Origin: Candidatus Eiseniibacteriota bacterium
Lineage (GTDB): Bacteria > Eisenbacteria > RBG-16-71-46
Assembly (NCBI GenBank): GCA_963744995.1
Contig: CAVUWA010000002.1
Coordinates: 1 to 64,000 of the forward strand
Direction of reading: 5' to 3'
Length of the DNA: 64,000 nucleotides
Made by a program: the position numbers and the translations under genes. This document shows, one piece after another, positions 51,493 through 61,745 of this stretch. Within the stretch, counting starts at the first letter, position 1, and every line of letters begins with the position of its first letter. The notes beneath the pieces were generated by a model. The model searched no databases and was not told the DNA's origin. It was given only the letters and a program-made list of their open reading frames with translations.

Positions 51493-52956
51493 ATGACCGA
51501 CACGCTGGCGCCGGTGCAGGCGCGCAAGCTGCTCATCGACGGCGAGGCCGTCGACGCGGCATCCGGAAAGACCTTCAGGACGACCAACCCGGCGACCGAG
51601 GAAGTGATCTGCGAGGTCGCGGAGGCCGGCGCCGAAGACGTGGACCGCGCGGTCCATGCGGCGCACAAGGCGTTCGCGGAGGGCCCGTGGAGCACGATGC
51701 GGCCTGCCGATCGCCAGCGGGTGCTCCACAGGCTCGGCGATCTGATTCTCGAACACGCGCAGGAGCTCGGCACGCTGGAGACGATGGACAACGGCAAGCC
51801 GATCACCGAGTCGGCGAAGATCGACGCGGCGCTCACCGCGAACTGCTTCCACTACTACTCGGGCTGGGTGACCAAGCTCACCGGCGAGACGCTGCCGGTG
51901 AACCCGCCGTTCATGGCGTACACGCTGCGCGAGCCGCTGGGCGTGGTGGGGGCGATCATCCCCTGGAACTTCCCGATGAACATGGTGGGCTGGAAGTGCG
52001 GCCCGGCGCTCGCGGCCGGGAATACGGTGGTGCTGAAGCCCGCCGAGCTCACCCCGCTCACCGCGCTCCGCATCGGCGAGCTGGCGCTCGAAGCCGGTCT
52101 GCCGCCCGGCGTGCTCAACGTCCTGCCCGGCAAGGGCCGCATCGCGGGCGAGGCGCTGGTGCAGCACCCGCTGGTGTCGAAGATCAGCTTCACCGGCTCG
52201 ACCGAGGTCGGCAAGCACCTGATGCGCACCTCGGCCGACACGCTGAAGAAGCTGACGCTCGAGCTCGGCGGCAAGTCGCCGAACATCGTGTTCGCCGACG
52301 CCGACCTGGAAGCGGCGGTGCGCGGCGCCTCGACCGGCATCTTCTACGGCAAGGGCGAGGTCTGTGCGGCCGGCGCACGGCTGCTGGTGCAGTCGAGCAT
52401 CGCCGACGACTTCGTCGCCGCGCTCGCGGCACGGGCGAAGAAACTCGTGCCCGCCGATCCGATGGACCCGAAGACGCGGCTCGGCGCGCTGGTGAGCGAG
52501 GAGCAGATGAAGAAGGTGCTGGGCTACGTCGCGCTCGGCGTGAACGAAGGGGCGAAGATCGTCGCGGGCGGCGAGCGTCACCCGGTGAACGGCAAGGGTA
52601 CGTTCGTCCAGGCGACCGTGCTCGACGGCGTGGACAACGCGATGCGCGTCGCCCGGGAGGAGATCTTCGGTCCGGTGCTCACCGTGATCCGCTTCGAGGA
52701 CGAAGCGGACGCGATCCGGATCGCCAATGACAGCGTCTACGGCCTCGCGGCCGGCGTCTGGACGCGCGACGTCGGTCGCGCCCACCGCGTGGCGCGGAGA
52801 CTCCAGGCCGGCACCGTCTGGATCAACACCTACAACTTCTACGATCCCGTCGTGCCGTTCGGCGGCTACAAGGGATCGGGCTTCGGCCGCGACCTCGGTG
52901 CGGAGGCGCTGCGCGAGTTCACGCAGGTCAAGAGCGTGTGGGTGAACATGGACTGA
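51493..52956 (+). CDS. Aldehyde dehydrogenase
   Basis: GAGGAG RBS; IPWNFP, FTGSTEVG, LELGGKSP, catalytic Cys (GEVC), EEIFGPV. Confidence 0.95.
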   Translation: MTDTLAPVQARKLLIDGEAVDAASGKTFRTTNPATEEVICEVAEAGAEDVDRAVHAAHKAFAEGPWSTMRPADRQRVLHRLGDLILEHAQELGTLETMDNGKPITESAKIDAALTANCFHYYSGWVTKLTGETLPVNPPFMAYTLREPLGVVGAIIPWNFPMNMVGWKCGPALAAGNTVVLKPAELTPLTALRIGELALEAGLPPGVLNVLPGKGRIAGEALVQHPLVSKISFTGSTEVGKHLMRTSADTLKKLTLELGGKSPNIVFADADLEAAVRGASTGIFYGKGEVCAAGARLLVQSSIADDFVAALAARAKKLVPADPMDPKTRLGALVSEEQMKKVLGYVALGVNEGAKIVAGGERHPVNGKGTFVQATVLDGVDNAMRVAREEIFGPVLTVIRFEDEADAIRIANDSVYGLAAGVWTRDVGRAHRVARRLQAGTVWINTYNFYDPVVPFGGYKGSGFGRDLGAEALREFTQVKSVWVNMD

Positions 52957-53007
52957 CACGAACGCACGGACATCGTCATGAGTACATCCGAGACCCGGAG
53001 GTCCGCG

Positions 53008-54177
53008 ATGAGGCGACTCGCATACGTCGTGATTTTCACCGGACGATTCGACGAGATGAAGGCGTTCTACGGCCGGCAGGTGGGGCTCGAGCCGGCGTCC
53101 CCCGACGCCGACGAATGGATGGCCTATGACACCGGCGGCGCGCGGATCGCACTGCACCGCGCAACCGAGCACAGGCGTCAGGGCATGCTGCTGCGGTTCG
53201 AAACGGACGATCTCGACGCCGACGTGGCGGCGCTGGCGGCCCGCGGCGTCGAGTTCACCGGACCGCCGCGCGAATACGCGTGGGGACGCATGGCGGAGTT
53301 CACCGACCCCGAGGGTAACGGCGTCGGCATCCAGGCGTCGCGGAACCCGCACGACGGCCATGCGGTCGAGGTCGACAGGGTCGTGCTGAGCTGTGCGAAG
53401 TTCGCCGAGACCGCGCGCTGGTACCACGAGAAGCTCGGCCTCGAGCCGACGGAGGACAGCGAACACTGGGTGGAGTTCGACACGGGAGACACGCATCTCG
53501 CACTGCACCCGCGCCGTGACGTCGAGCACCCGCCGCATACCGAGCAGGAGGTCACGGTGGTGCTCGGCGCGGCCGACCTGATGGCCTGGGTCGAGGCCAT
53601 GCGCGCGCGCGACGTGCATTTCGCCACGGCGCCGATCGAAGAGGACTTCGGTCTCTACGCCGAGGCGGCCGACCCCGACGGCTACATGGTCGTGTTCCGC
53701 GAGCCGCCGCCGCCGACCTCGCTCGAAGAGCAGCTGGCGGCGGACTTCGAGGACGACGAGGCGCCGCACCAGGTCGCGATCCGCAAACCGGCGCAGAAGC
53801 CTTCGAAGGCGAGCGAGGTGGTCGCAGGACTGCAGCGCCGCTCGCGCCGCGAAGCCGAAGCGGCGCGCCTCGAGCGCGAGGCGAAGGCGCCGCCGGCGCC
53901 CGAGCCCAGGAGGCTCGACGTGGTCGCGCCGCGCGGCACCGGCGAAGCCGGCGCGCGCCGCAAACCGAAGACGACCCGCGACCCGAAGCGCGCGAAGGCC
54001 AAGCCGGCGATCGGCAGCCTCAAGGAATCGACGCGCAGGACGGTCAACGCGAAGAAGCGTTCGGTCGCGAAGAAGAGCAAGGCTGCGCCGGTCAAGGCCG
54101 CAGCGAAGCGGGCGGCAAAGGGCAAGGCCGCACGTGCGCCGAAGCGCGCGACCGCGCGCGGCGCGAAGAAGAAATAG
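53008..54177 (+). CDS. Tandem VOC/glyoxalase-domain protein with basic Lys/Ala/Arg-rich C-terminal tail
   Basis: GGAGG RBS; FY..VGL, WGRMAEFTDPEGN, ADPDG; tail KKSKAAPVKAAAKRAAKGK. Confidence 0.88.
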   Translation: MRRLAYVVIFTGRFDEMKAFYGRQVGLEPASPDADEWMAYDTGGARIALHRATEHRRQGMLLRFETDDLDADVAALAARGVEFTGPPREYAWGRMAEFTDPEGNGVGIQASRNPHDGHAVEVDRVVLSCAKFAETARWYHEKLGLEPTEDSEHWVEFDTGDTHLALHPRRDVEHPPHTEQEVTVVLGAADLMAWVEAMRARDVHFATAPIEEDFGLYAEAADPDGYMVVFREPPPPTSLEEQLAADFEDDEAPHQVAIRKPAQKPSKASEVVAGLQRRSRREAEAARLEREAKAPPAPEPRRLDVVAPRGTGEAGARRKPKTTRDPKRAKAKPAIGSLKESTRRTVNAKKRSVAKKSKAAPVKAAAKRAAKGKAARAPKRATARGAKKK

Positions 54178-54223
54178 GAGCCGGCCGGCGCCGCGTTCCG
54201 CGTTCACGAAAAGGGAGGATGGA

Positions 54224-55408
54224 TTGACGGAGTCACGCATTCTGCTGGCGGGCGCGGTGCGCACGCCGATCGGAAACTTCGGCGGCGCGCTGGCCGCATC
54301 GTCCGCCGCCGAGCTGGCGGGCATCGCGGCGCGCGCCGCCCTCGAACGAACGCACGTCCCGCCGGATGCGGTGAGCGAAGTGATCTTCGGCCATGCGCGC
54401 CAGGCGGGGAACGGTCCGAACCTCGCGCGCCAGGTCGTGCGCCGCGGCGGCATGCCCGACGAGGTGCCGGCCTATGCGATCAACAAGGCGTGTGCATCCG
54501 GACTGCAGGCGATCGTCAACGGCGTGCAGGCGATCCGGCTCGGTGACGCCGAGACGGTGCTCGCGGGCGGTGTCGAGCACATGTCGAGCATTCCCTACCT
54601 GGCGCCCGACGTGCGCTGGGGCAGGAAGCTCGGCGACGAGCCGCTGGTGGACGCGATGTACCGGGACGGGTACCTGTGCCCGCTGTGCGACCAGCTCATG
54701 GGCGAGACCAGCGAGACGCTCGCCGACGAGGCGGGGATCGGCCGCGAGGAGCAGGACCGCTACGCGATGAGGAGCAACCACCGCGCGGCGCGCGCGTGGG
54801 AGGAGGGCCGCTTCGCCGCCGAAGTCGTGCCGGTGACGGTCGGCACGGGCAGGCGCCAGGTCACGGTCGAGCGCGACGAGCACTTTCGCGCCGATGCGAA
54901 CCTGACTTCGATGGCGAAGCTCAGGCCGGTGTTCCGCAAGGACGGCACGATCACGGCGGGCAACGCTTCGGCGATCACCGACGCCGCGGCGGCGCTCATG
55001 GTGATGAGCGAAGCCGCGGCGCTCAGGCACGGCGCGAAGCCGCTCGGCGCGGTGCTGGGCTACGTGTCAGTGGGCGTGGATCCGGCGCGGATGGGCATCG
55101 CCCCGGTGCCCGCGGTGCGGACACTGCTGGCGAAGCAGGGCATGACGCTCGATCAGATCGACGTGATCGAGCTGAACGAGGCGTTCGCGTCGCAGGTGCT
55201 GGCCTGCGACCGCGAGCTGAAGTTCGACCACGAGAAGCTCAACCCGAACGGCGGCGGCATCTCGCTCGGGCACCCGACGGGCTGCAGCGGCGCGCGCATC
55301 ATGGTGACGCTCCTGCACGAGCTGCAGCGCACGGGGGGTCGCTACGGCATCGCGACGCTGTGCGTGTCGGGCGGACAGGGCATGGCGGTGCTGGTGGAGC
55401 GGGTGTAG
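54224..55408 (+). CDS. Thiolase (acetyl-CoA C-acyltransferase)
   Basis: TTG start with GGAGG RBS; RTPIG, INKACASG, NEAFA, GHPTG, LCVSGG. Confidence 0.95.
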   Translation: MTESRILLAGAVRTPIGNFGGALAASSAAELAGIAARAALERTHVPPDAVSEVIFGHARQAGNGPNLARQVVRRGGMPDEVPAYAINKACASGLQAIVNGVQAIRLGDAETVLAGGVEHMSSIPYLAPDVRWGRKLGDEPLVDAMYRDGYLCPLCDQLMGETSETLADEAGIGREEQDRYAMRSNHRAARAWEEGRFAAEVVPVTVGTGRRQVTVERDEHFRADANLTSMAKLRPVFRKDGTITAGNASAITDAAAALMVMSEAAALRHGAKPLGAVLGYVSVGVDPARMGIAPVPAVRTLLAKQGMTLDQIDVIELNEAFASQVLACDRELKFDHEKLNPNGGGISLGHPTGCSGARIMVTLLHELQRTGGRYGIATLCVSGGQGMAVLVERV

Positions 55409-55446
55409 GCGCATGCACGCCGCGGCTCGCGCGGGATGAGGGCTCC

Positions 55447-56184
55447 ATGATCTCTGCTTCCGCCGTCGAGGAACGCATCGCGAATCTCGGCGCGCTGATC
55501 CGCGCGGCCCGCTACGCGTTCATCATGACCGGCGCCGGCGTGTCGGCCGAAAGCGGCGTGCCGACGTTCCGCGGGCCGGGCGGCTGGTGGCGCGAACACG
55601 ACGTCAGAGAGCTGGCGTCCCCGGAAGCCTTCGCCGCGAACCCGCGCCTTGTGTGGGACTGGTACGGCGAGCGGCGGCGCGGCGTGCTCGCGTGCGAACC
55701 GAACGCCGCGCACCGCGCCATCGCAGCATGGCTCGCCGCGCGCCCCGGCATGCTGATCACCCAGAACGTGGACGGCCTGCACGAACGCGCCGGGACGCGC
55801 GACGTGGTGCGTTTCCATGGATCGCTGTGGGTGAACCGCTGCACGGCGTGCGGCGCAGAGCGCCGCTGCGAGGAGGCGCACGCCGCCGCGCTGCCGCTCT
55901 CGCCCTGTTGCGGCGCGCTCGAACGACCCGGCGTCGTGTGGTTCGGCGAGGCGATTCCGCGAGCGGTGTTCGACGCCGTGGACGACGCGCTCGCCAGGGC
56001 GGACGTCATGCTGGTCGTCGGCACCAGCGGGCTGGTGTTCCCCGCAGCCGGCGTGGCGCAGCAGGCGCGGCTGCGCGACATTCCGGTCATCCACGTGAAT
56101 CCGGACGAGGTGGGCGGCGACGATCCGAAGTGCGTGCCGCTGCCGGCGGGCATGGCGATGCCGCGGCTGCTGCCGTCCGGCTAG
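55447..56184 (+). CDS. cobB: Sir2-family NAD-dependent protein deacylase
   Basis: TGAGVSAESGVPTFRG, TQNVDGLHERAG, HGS, RPGVVWFGE, VVGTS. Confidence 0.93.
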   Translation: MISASAVEERIANLGALIRAARYAFIMTGAGVSAESGVPTFRGPGGWWREHDVRELASPEAFAANPRLVWDWYGERRRGVLACEPNAAHRAIAAWLAARPGMLITQNVDGLHERAGTRDVVRFHGSLWVNRCTACGAERRCEEAHAAALPLSPCCGALERPGVVWFGEAIPRAVFDAVDDALARADVMLVVGTSGLVFPAAGVAQQARLRDIPVIHVNPDEVGGDDPKCVPLPAGMAMPRLLPSG

Positions 56185-57503
56185 GCCTCCGCCGGGCGGG
56201 CGGGCGTCGCGGGGCGCGCGCGCAACAGCGGCGTGCCGGCGACGACGAGCAGGATGACCGTCGCGCACACGAAGAACACGCCGGCGCCGACACGGTCGTA
56301 CAGCACGCCGCCGGCGATCAGGCCGACGATGCTGGCCAGGGCGCCGAGGCTGCCGGCGACGCCCTGCACCGCGCCCTGGTGTTCGGCGCCGGCGCGGGCG
56401 GAGAGCACCGCGACGATCGACGGCCACATCACGCCGTTGCCGAGCGCGAGCAGCAGCACGCCGCCGTAGATCGCCGGTCCGGTGCGCATGGTGAAACACG
56501 CGAAGCTCGCCGCGAGCGCCACGCCGCCGCTGGCGATCAGGGTGAGATCGCTGAAGCGCCGCGACGCACGGGCGAGCACCGGACCCTGCACCAGCGCCAT
56601 CGCCGCGCTCATCACCATGAAGAACGTTCCGGTCTGCGCGACGCTCCAGTGCAGGCCGGTGGCGGCGTACACGGGGAAGGCGATGTAGAAGAAGTTGAAC
56701 CCGAGCATGACGAGGAAGTGGATCGCCAGCACCGGCGTCACGCCCGGCAGGCGGATCGTGCGCCACGTCGTCAGCGCCGGCGGCTTCTTCAGGCGGTAGC
56801 AGGGGCGGCGCTCGGCGCCGAACACGTGGCGCATGTGCGCGGCATCCGGCACCGCCTCGAGCGGGCGCGGGTGCGATTCGGGCAGGCCGAACGCGATCAG
56901 CGCGAGTGCGATCACGGAGATCGCGGCCGCGGCCAGGACCGGCAGGATCTCGCCGAGCGCGGTCGCGCCGAGCACGCCGGCGAGCGCCGGGCCGATCACG
57001 AATCCCAGGTTGCTCGCCAGCGCGAGCTTGCCGAAGTGCGCGCTGCGATCGGCGTCGGTCGAGATGTCGGCGAGGTAGGCCGTCGCCACCGAAATGTTGC
57101 CGCCGGTAAGCCCGTCGGTTGCGCGGGCGAGAAACACGACCAGCAGCGGCAGCGTGAGCGCGAACGAGCCGGCGAACGGTGCGTCGATCCGCGCGAGCGG
57201 CCCGGTGGGCAGCGCGAACGCCACGAGGAACACGAGCCACGACAGCAGCGTGCCGCCCTGGCTCACGAGCAGGATCCGGCGGCGGCCGAAGCGGTCGGAC
57301 CAGCGCCCGAGCACGGGGGCCGCGATCAGCTGGAAGAACGAGTAAGTGGCGCCGACCACGCCGTACACGAACGCATTGCCGCCCCAGCGCGTCACCAGGT
57401 AGACGAGAAAGGGAATGACGAGGCTGAAGCCGAGCGAGCCGACGAAGTGCACCGACAGGATCGGATAGATCGAAGGCGCCGCGCGCGGGCCGGAAGGCGT
57501 CAT
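56181..57503 (-). CDS. MFS transporter (TetA/DHA1-like)
   Basis: GRWSDRFGRR motif A, AYLADIS, GFVIGPAL, multiple TMs. Confidence 0.92.
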   Translation of the reverse strand: MTPSGPRAAPSIYPILSVHFVGSLGFSLVIPFLVYLVTRWGGNAFVYGVVGATYSFFQLIAAPVLGRWSDRFGRRRILLVSQGGTLLSWLVFLVAFALPTGPLARIDAPFAGSFALTLPLLVVFLARATDGLTGGNISVATAYLADISTDADRSAHFGKLALASNLGFVIGPALAGVLGATALGEILPVLAAAAISVIALALIAFGLPESHPRPLEAVPDAAHMRHVFGAERRPCYRLKKPPALTTWRTIRLPGVTPVLAIHFLVMLGFNFFYIAFPVYAATGLHWSVAQTGTFFMVMSAAMALVQGPVLARASRRFSDLTLIASGGVALAASFACFTMRTGPAIYGGVLLLALGNGVMWPSIVAVLSARAGAEHQGAVQGVAGSLGALASIVGLIAGGVLYDRVGAGVFFVCATVILLVVAGTPLLRARPATPARPAEA

Positions 57504-57614
57504 GGCGGGGCACGCTATCACAGCCGTCGCGCCCGTCCGGCTTCACCGCGCGCGCGCATCGCGCTAAGGTGGCCGCGGCGATGGCGACGCGGCGCGAACC
57601 AGGAGAAGCGCGAC

Positions 57615-58451
57615 ATGGCGCAGACGATTCTCGAGTCCTTCGACGACGGCGTGTTCACGATCACCCTCAACCGTCCCGACAAACTCAATGCGTTCGCCGG
57701 CGACATGCGCGAGCGCATGGTCGCGGCGCTCGACCGGGCCGCGGCACGCGCCGGCGTTCGAACGGTCGTCCTGACCGGCGCGGGCCGCGGCTTCTGTGCG
57801 GGCGGCGACGTGGGCCGCATGCGCGAACTGCGCGACGGGGCGGACGGCGCGGCGGACTTCCGTGCGCTGCTCGAAACGGGGCGCGACGTCGTGTCGCGGC
57901 TCGCGGCGCTGCCGGTGCCGACGATCGCCGCCGTGAACGGCGTGGCCGCCGGCGCGGGCATGAACCTCGCGCTCGCCTGCGACCTGCGCATCGCCTCGGA
58001 TTTGGCGAGCTTCGGCGAGACGTTCGTGAAGATCGGCCTACAGCCCGACTGGGGCGGGACCCATCACCTGCCGCGGCTCGTCGGCACCGCGAAGGCGCTC
58101 GAGCTCGCGTGGCTCGGCGACGTGATCGACGCGGCCGAGGCGCTGCGCATCGGGCTCGTGAACCGCGTCGTGCCGCATGCTGAGCTCGCCGATGCGGTGC
58201 GCGATCTCGCGGGGCGGCTGGCGACGGCGCCGCAGAACGCGGTGCGCGCGATCAAGCGCACCATGCGCGCGGGGGCGCAGGCCTCGCTCGCCGAGGCGTT
58301 CGCGCTCGAGAACGAAGCACAGATGACGCTGTGGATGTCGCCCGACGTCACGGAAGGGCTCGCCGCCTTCGCCGAACGCCGCGCGGCCGCGTTCCGCGGC
58401 GGGCTGATCGGCGCGCCGGCTCCTTCGCGGGCCGCGCGCCAGTTCGAATAG
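57615..58451 (+). CDS. Enoyl-CoA hydratase/isomerase (PaaG-like)
   Basis: AGGAG RBS; TLNRPDKLNA, FCAGGD, AAGAG, IGLQPDWGG. Confidence 0.92.
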   Translation: MAQTILESFDDGVFTITLNRPDKLNAFAGDMRERMVAALDRAAARAGVRTVVLTGAGRGFCAGGDVGRMRELRDGADGAADFRALLETGRDVVSRLAALPVPTIAAVNGVAAGAGMNLALACDLRIASDLASFGETFVKIGLQPDWGGTHHLPRLVGTAKALELAWLGDVIDAAEALRIGLVNRVVPHAELADAVRDLAGRLATAPQNAVRAIKRTMRAGAQASLAEAFALENEAQMTLWMSPDVTEGLAAFAERRAAAFRGGLIGAPAPSRAARQFE

Positions 58452-58514
58452 GGCGGGAGCCGTCCCCGCAGGGTCCGCCGCCGCGCGGCGGCGGACTCGC
58501 GGATCGAGCGGGGG

Positions 58515-58721
58515 TCACTTCGTGAGGACGAACGTGACCTTCATGTTGACGCGGTACTCCGAGATCTTGCCGCCGGGCCCGCAGATCACCTTCTGGTCCT
58601 TGATCCACGCGCCCTTCACGTTCTTGAGCGTCTGGTTCGCGCGCTTGAGTCCCTGCGCGACGGCATCATCGAAGCTCTTTTCGGAGGAAGCGAAGATCTC
58701 GGTCACTCGTGCGACGGACAT
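58515..58721 (-). CDS. Dodecin family flavin-binding protein
   Basis: MSVARVTEI..SSEKSFDDA...YRVNMKVTF; AAGGAG RBS. Confidence 0.93.
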   Translation of the reverse strand: MSVARVTEIFASSEKSFDDAVAQGLKRANQTLKNVKGAWIKDQKVICGPGGKISEYRVNMKVTFVLTK

Positions 58722-58989
58722 GGCATGCTCCTTGGGTTGAGGGGTGGTCCGCGCGCAACCGGGCCGCGGAAACGCGCGACACGAACCCTCGCAACGTAGC
58801 CACCACGCGGCATGCGGGCAAATCCGTGCCGTCCCCGCCTTCGGCGTGGACAGGCCCTGCCGATTGGGCAAGAATCGCCCGGCGAGACGTTGCCCGTCCG
58901 CTGTCTGCCGGCGTGCCGCCGGACGTCGGCCGAACGTCCGGTTGCGACGTGCAGGAGGACCGCACGCCGATCTCCGAAAGGAGTCGAGA

Positions 58990-59824
58990 TTGAGCGACCA
59001 GCCGCAGTCGGGTCCGTTCCAGCCCCCCGCGACCCTCGGGGGCGCCGATGCCTCACCGCCGGGCGAGCCGCCGCGTCCGCCTCACGATCCCCATGCCGGA
59101 GGTCCGCCGCCCGGACCGCCTCGCCGCACCGCCCGGAGGCCTGCCGCCTGCGGGCGCGTCCGGTCTGCCGTGGGAGAACCGCGCGCAGCTGGGCTTCGGT
59201 CCCGCGCTCATGCAGAGCATCAAGCTGTTCATCAACGCGCCGCGCGACGCCTACGACGCCGCGCTGCGCAAGGGCGACTACGGCAGCCCGGCGCTCTGGG
59301 TGCTGATCTTCGCGTTCGTCGCCGCGCTCGTTCAGTGGGTCTGGAGCATGGCGCTGGCAGGCCCGATGACGGCGTTCATGACCGCCATGATGCCCGACTC
59401 GGCCCGCGGCGAATTCGCCGCGACGATGGCCGCAGCGATGGGATTCGCCGGCATCGCGGGTCTGGTGAAGACCATCCTCTTTCCGTTCTTCGCCCTGATC
59501 GGCGCGTTCGTCCTCGCCGCGATCTATCACCTCGCGCTGATCGTTGCGGGGGGCGGCAGGGATTCCGAGTCCGGGTTCGAGGGCACGTTCCGGGCCTTTT
59601 CCTACAGCAGCATCACGCAGATTGCAGCCATCATCCCGTTCATCGGCGGCCTGATCGCCGCGGTGTGGTGGATCGTGCTGCTCGTGATCGGCATGTCGTC
59701 CATGCACCGCATGTCGACCGGCAAGGCGGTGGTCGTCGTGCTGATCCCGCTGTTTCTGTGCTGTGCGTGCGTCTCGATCGCGATCGCGCTCGGCGCGATG
59801 GCGAGCCTGGCCGGACATCGATGA
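58990..59824 (+). CDS. YIP1-family membrane protein (indel in Pro-rich N-terminus near 59125)
   Basis: TTG start after AAGGAG; LPWENR, FEGTFRAFSY, IPFIGGLI, STGKAV. Confidence 0.8.
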
Positions 59825-60231
59825 GCGTCGCGCCGCGCATGGCGCCCGCCATGCCGGCGGGCCGTCAGCTCGGCCTGCTGTGGGGCGGTGTCGCGCTCGG
59901 CCTGGTGCTGCTCGCGCCGCTCGCGGACCGGATCGCGGCGGCGCTGCCCGCGTGTCCGTTCCGGTCACTCACCGGCATTCCGTGTCCCACCTGCGGCTCG
60001 GGCGGAGCCGCGCTCGCGCTCGCGCACCTCGATTTGGGCGGGGCGCTGGCGGCTTCGCCGCTCGCCGCGCTCGGCTGGGCGGCGCTGGTGGGCGGCGGGC
60101 TCCTCGCCGGGGCCGCGGCGCTGCGCGGCTTCGTCCTGCCCGAATGGCCGGCGCGGATGAGCGCGCCGTGGCGGATCGCCGCGGTGCTCGTGCTGCTCGG
60201 CAACTGGGCGTACCTGGTCGCGACGCGCTAG
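59821..60231 (+). CDS. DUF2752-like membrane protein
   Basis: CPFRSLTGIPCPTCG, terminal NWAYL; ATGA overlap. Confidence 0.85.
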   Translation: MSVAPRMAPAMPAGRQLGLLWGGVALGLVLLAPLADRIAAALPACPFRSLTGIPCPTCGSGGAALALAHLDLGGALAASPLAALGWAALVGGGLLAGAAALRGFVLPEWPARMSAPWRIAAVLVLLGNWAYLVATR

Positions 60232-60309
60232 GAACGGCCGCGACGCGCCAGGAACGGCCGCGACGGCGCATCCGCCTGCCGCGCGGAGCGCCGCCGCCGC
60301 CGCGCCGCC

Positions 60310-61110
60310 CTACGCCGCCTTCACCGCTTTCACCTTCACCGATCGCACGACACGGAACGCCTCGCGCTCGGACGAGCCCTCTTCCAGCGCGTTCGCACCG
60401 ACGTCGTAGCCCGACTCGTTCACGATCTCGACGTCCGTGAACCCGGCGTCGCGCATGAGCCGCAGGTAGTCTTCCCTGAGTGCCGCGCCGGCGACGCAGC
60501 CGACGTAGAGCTCGACGTTCTTCCGCAGCTCGGGGCCGATCTCGCGCGTGAGCACGAGGTCGCTCACCATCATGCGCCCGCCGGGCCGGAGCACGCGGAA
60601 CGCCTCGCGGAACACCTGATCCTTGGCGGGGGAGAGGTTCACGACGCAGTTCGAGATGATGAGGTCCACCGAGCGGTCGGCGACCGGCAGATGTTCGATC
60701 TCGCCGAGCCGGAACTCGACGTTCTCGAATTCGCTCTTCGCCAGGTTGGCGCGCGCCTTCCGGATCATCTGCGGCGTCATGTCCACCCCGATCACGCGGC
60801 CGGCGGGCCCCACGGCCTGCGCGGCGAGGAAGCAGTCGATGCCGGCGCCCGAGCCCAGGTCGAGCACCGTCTCGCCGGGTGCGACCTCGGCGAACGCGAG
60901 GGGATTGCCGCAGCCGAGTCCGAGATCGGCCCCTTCGGGGATCGCGGCGAGTTGTTGCTTCGTGTAGCCGATCTGCAGCGCCGCGCCGTCGGCGTCGCTG
61001 CACCCGCAGCCGCACCCCGCGGCCGGTTCGCAGCAGCCGGTGGCGCGGCCCTCCGCGATCTCGCCGTACTTTTCACGCACCACGTCGCGCACATCATGGG
61101 TGTCAGGCAT
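60310..61110 (-). CDS. arsM: Arsenite S-adenosylmethionine methyltransferase
   Basis: Cys-rich N-terminus, LGLGCGNP, VLDLGSGAGID, ISNCVVNL, GCVAGA. Confidence 0.93.
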   Translation of the reverse strand: MPDTHDVRDVVREKYGEIAEGRATGCCEPAAGCGCGCSDADGAALQIGYTKQQLAAIPEGADLGLGCGNPLAFAEVAPGETVLDLGSGAGIDCFLAAQAVGPAGRVIGVDMTPQMIRKARANLAKSEFENVEFRLGEIEHLPVADRSVDLIISNCVVNLSPAKDQVFREAFRVLRPGGRMMVSDLVLTREIGPELRKNVELYVGCVAGAALREDYLRLMRDAGFTDVEIVNESGYDVGANALEEGSSEREAFRVVRSVKVKAVKAA

Positions 61111-61130
61111 TTCGATTCTCCTCGTTCGAT

Positions 61131-61505
61131 TCAGCCGATGCGGCCGACGTCGGGAACCGGGTCGGTCAGCGCCGTGATCAGCGACTGGACTTCACTCACG
61201 GTCGCGGGGTCGATGCAGTAGCAGACACGCGGCGGGTCGATCGTGCCGCGGATCAGCCCCGCCTCTTTCAGGACCTTCAGGTGCTGCGACACGGTGGCCT
61301 GCGAAAGCGGCAGCCGGCTGACGATGTCGCCGCATACGCACTCGCCGCTCTGGACGAGCATGCGCACGATCGCCACCCGCGCCGGGTGACCGAGCGCCCG
61401 CGCGAGGCGCGCGAGGCGTGCCTCGGCGGCCACCGGGGCCGGCTGCGCCGCCGGGCGCGCCCCGGCGCGCCGCGCCGGGGCCTTCCGGGTCCTTTTATCG
61501 TTCAT
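61131..61505 (-). CDS. arsR: ArsR/SmtB family regulator
   Basis: [35 protein letters not shown]. Confidence 0.92.
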   Translation of the reverse strand: MNDKRTRKAPARRAGARPAAQPAPVAAEARLARLARALGHPARVAIVRMLVQSGECVCGDIVSRLPLSQATVSQHLKVLKEAGLIRGTIDPPRVCYCIDPATVSEVQSLITALTDPVPDVGRIG

Positions 61506-61522
61506 CGTCGAAATACGATGAA
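61501..61522. promoter_or_regulatory. Probable ArsR operator overlapping the arsR start codon
   Basis: TTCATCGT-cgaaat-ACGATGAA perfect 8-6-8 inverted repeat. Confidence 0.75.
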
Positions 61523-61745
61523 CCGGATCCGCCCCGGACGCAAGCGAAATCTGCGACAGGGACGGCCCTGGACCCCGCGGCCGCCGGTGGCGGCCCGTTG
61601 ACGCTGCCCGAAACGCCCCTATACTGGGCACTTCCAGACCCGAACCCCCGCAGGCCCGGCCCGCCCGGGGCGCGCCGCACGCCCGGCCCGTCCTCGCGAC
61701 CCGCGGCCGGCCCGCTTTCACCCGTATCGAACCGGAGATCCGCCC

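Noticed and set aside
50437..52956. 839-aa ORF fusing the basic repeat to aldehyde dehydrogenase
   Set aside because: Artefact of the +1 indel at 50821; ALDH has its own RBS and ATG at 51493, and the intervening DinB domain is in another frame
55447..56184. Sir2 gene as an anti-phage NADase
   Set aside because: Canonical short CobB-type deacylase motifs in a metabolic operon, with no defence partners
55587..57614. Long N-terminal extension of the enoyl-CoA hydratase ORF
   Set aside because: Overlaps cobB and the antisense MFS gene; the real start is ATG 57615 with an AGGAG RBS
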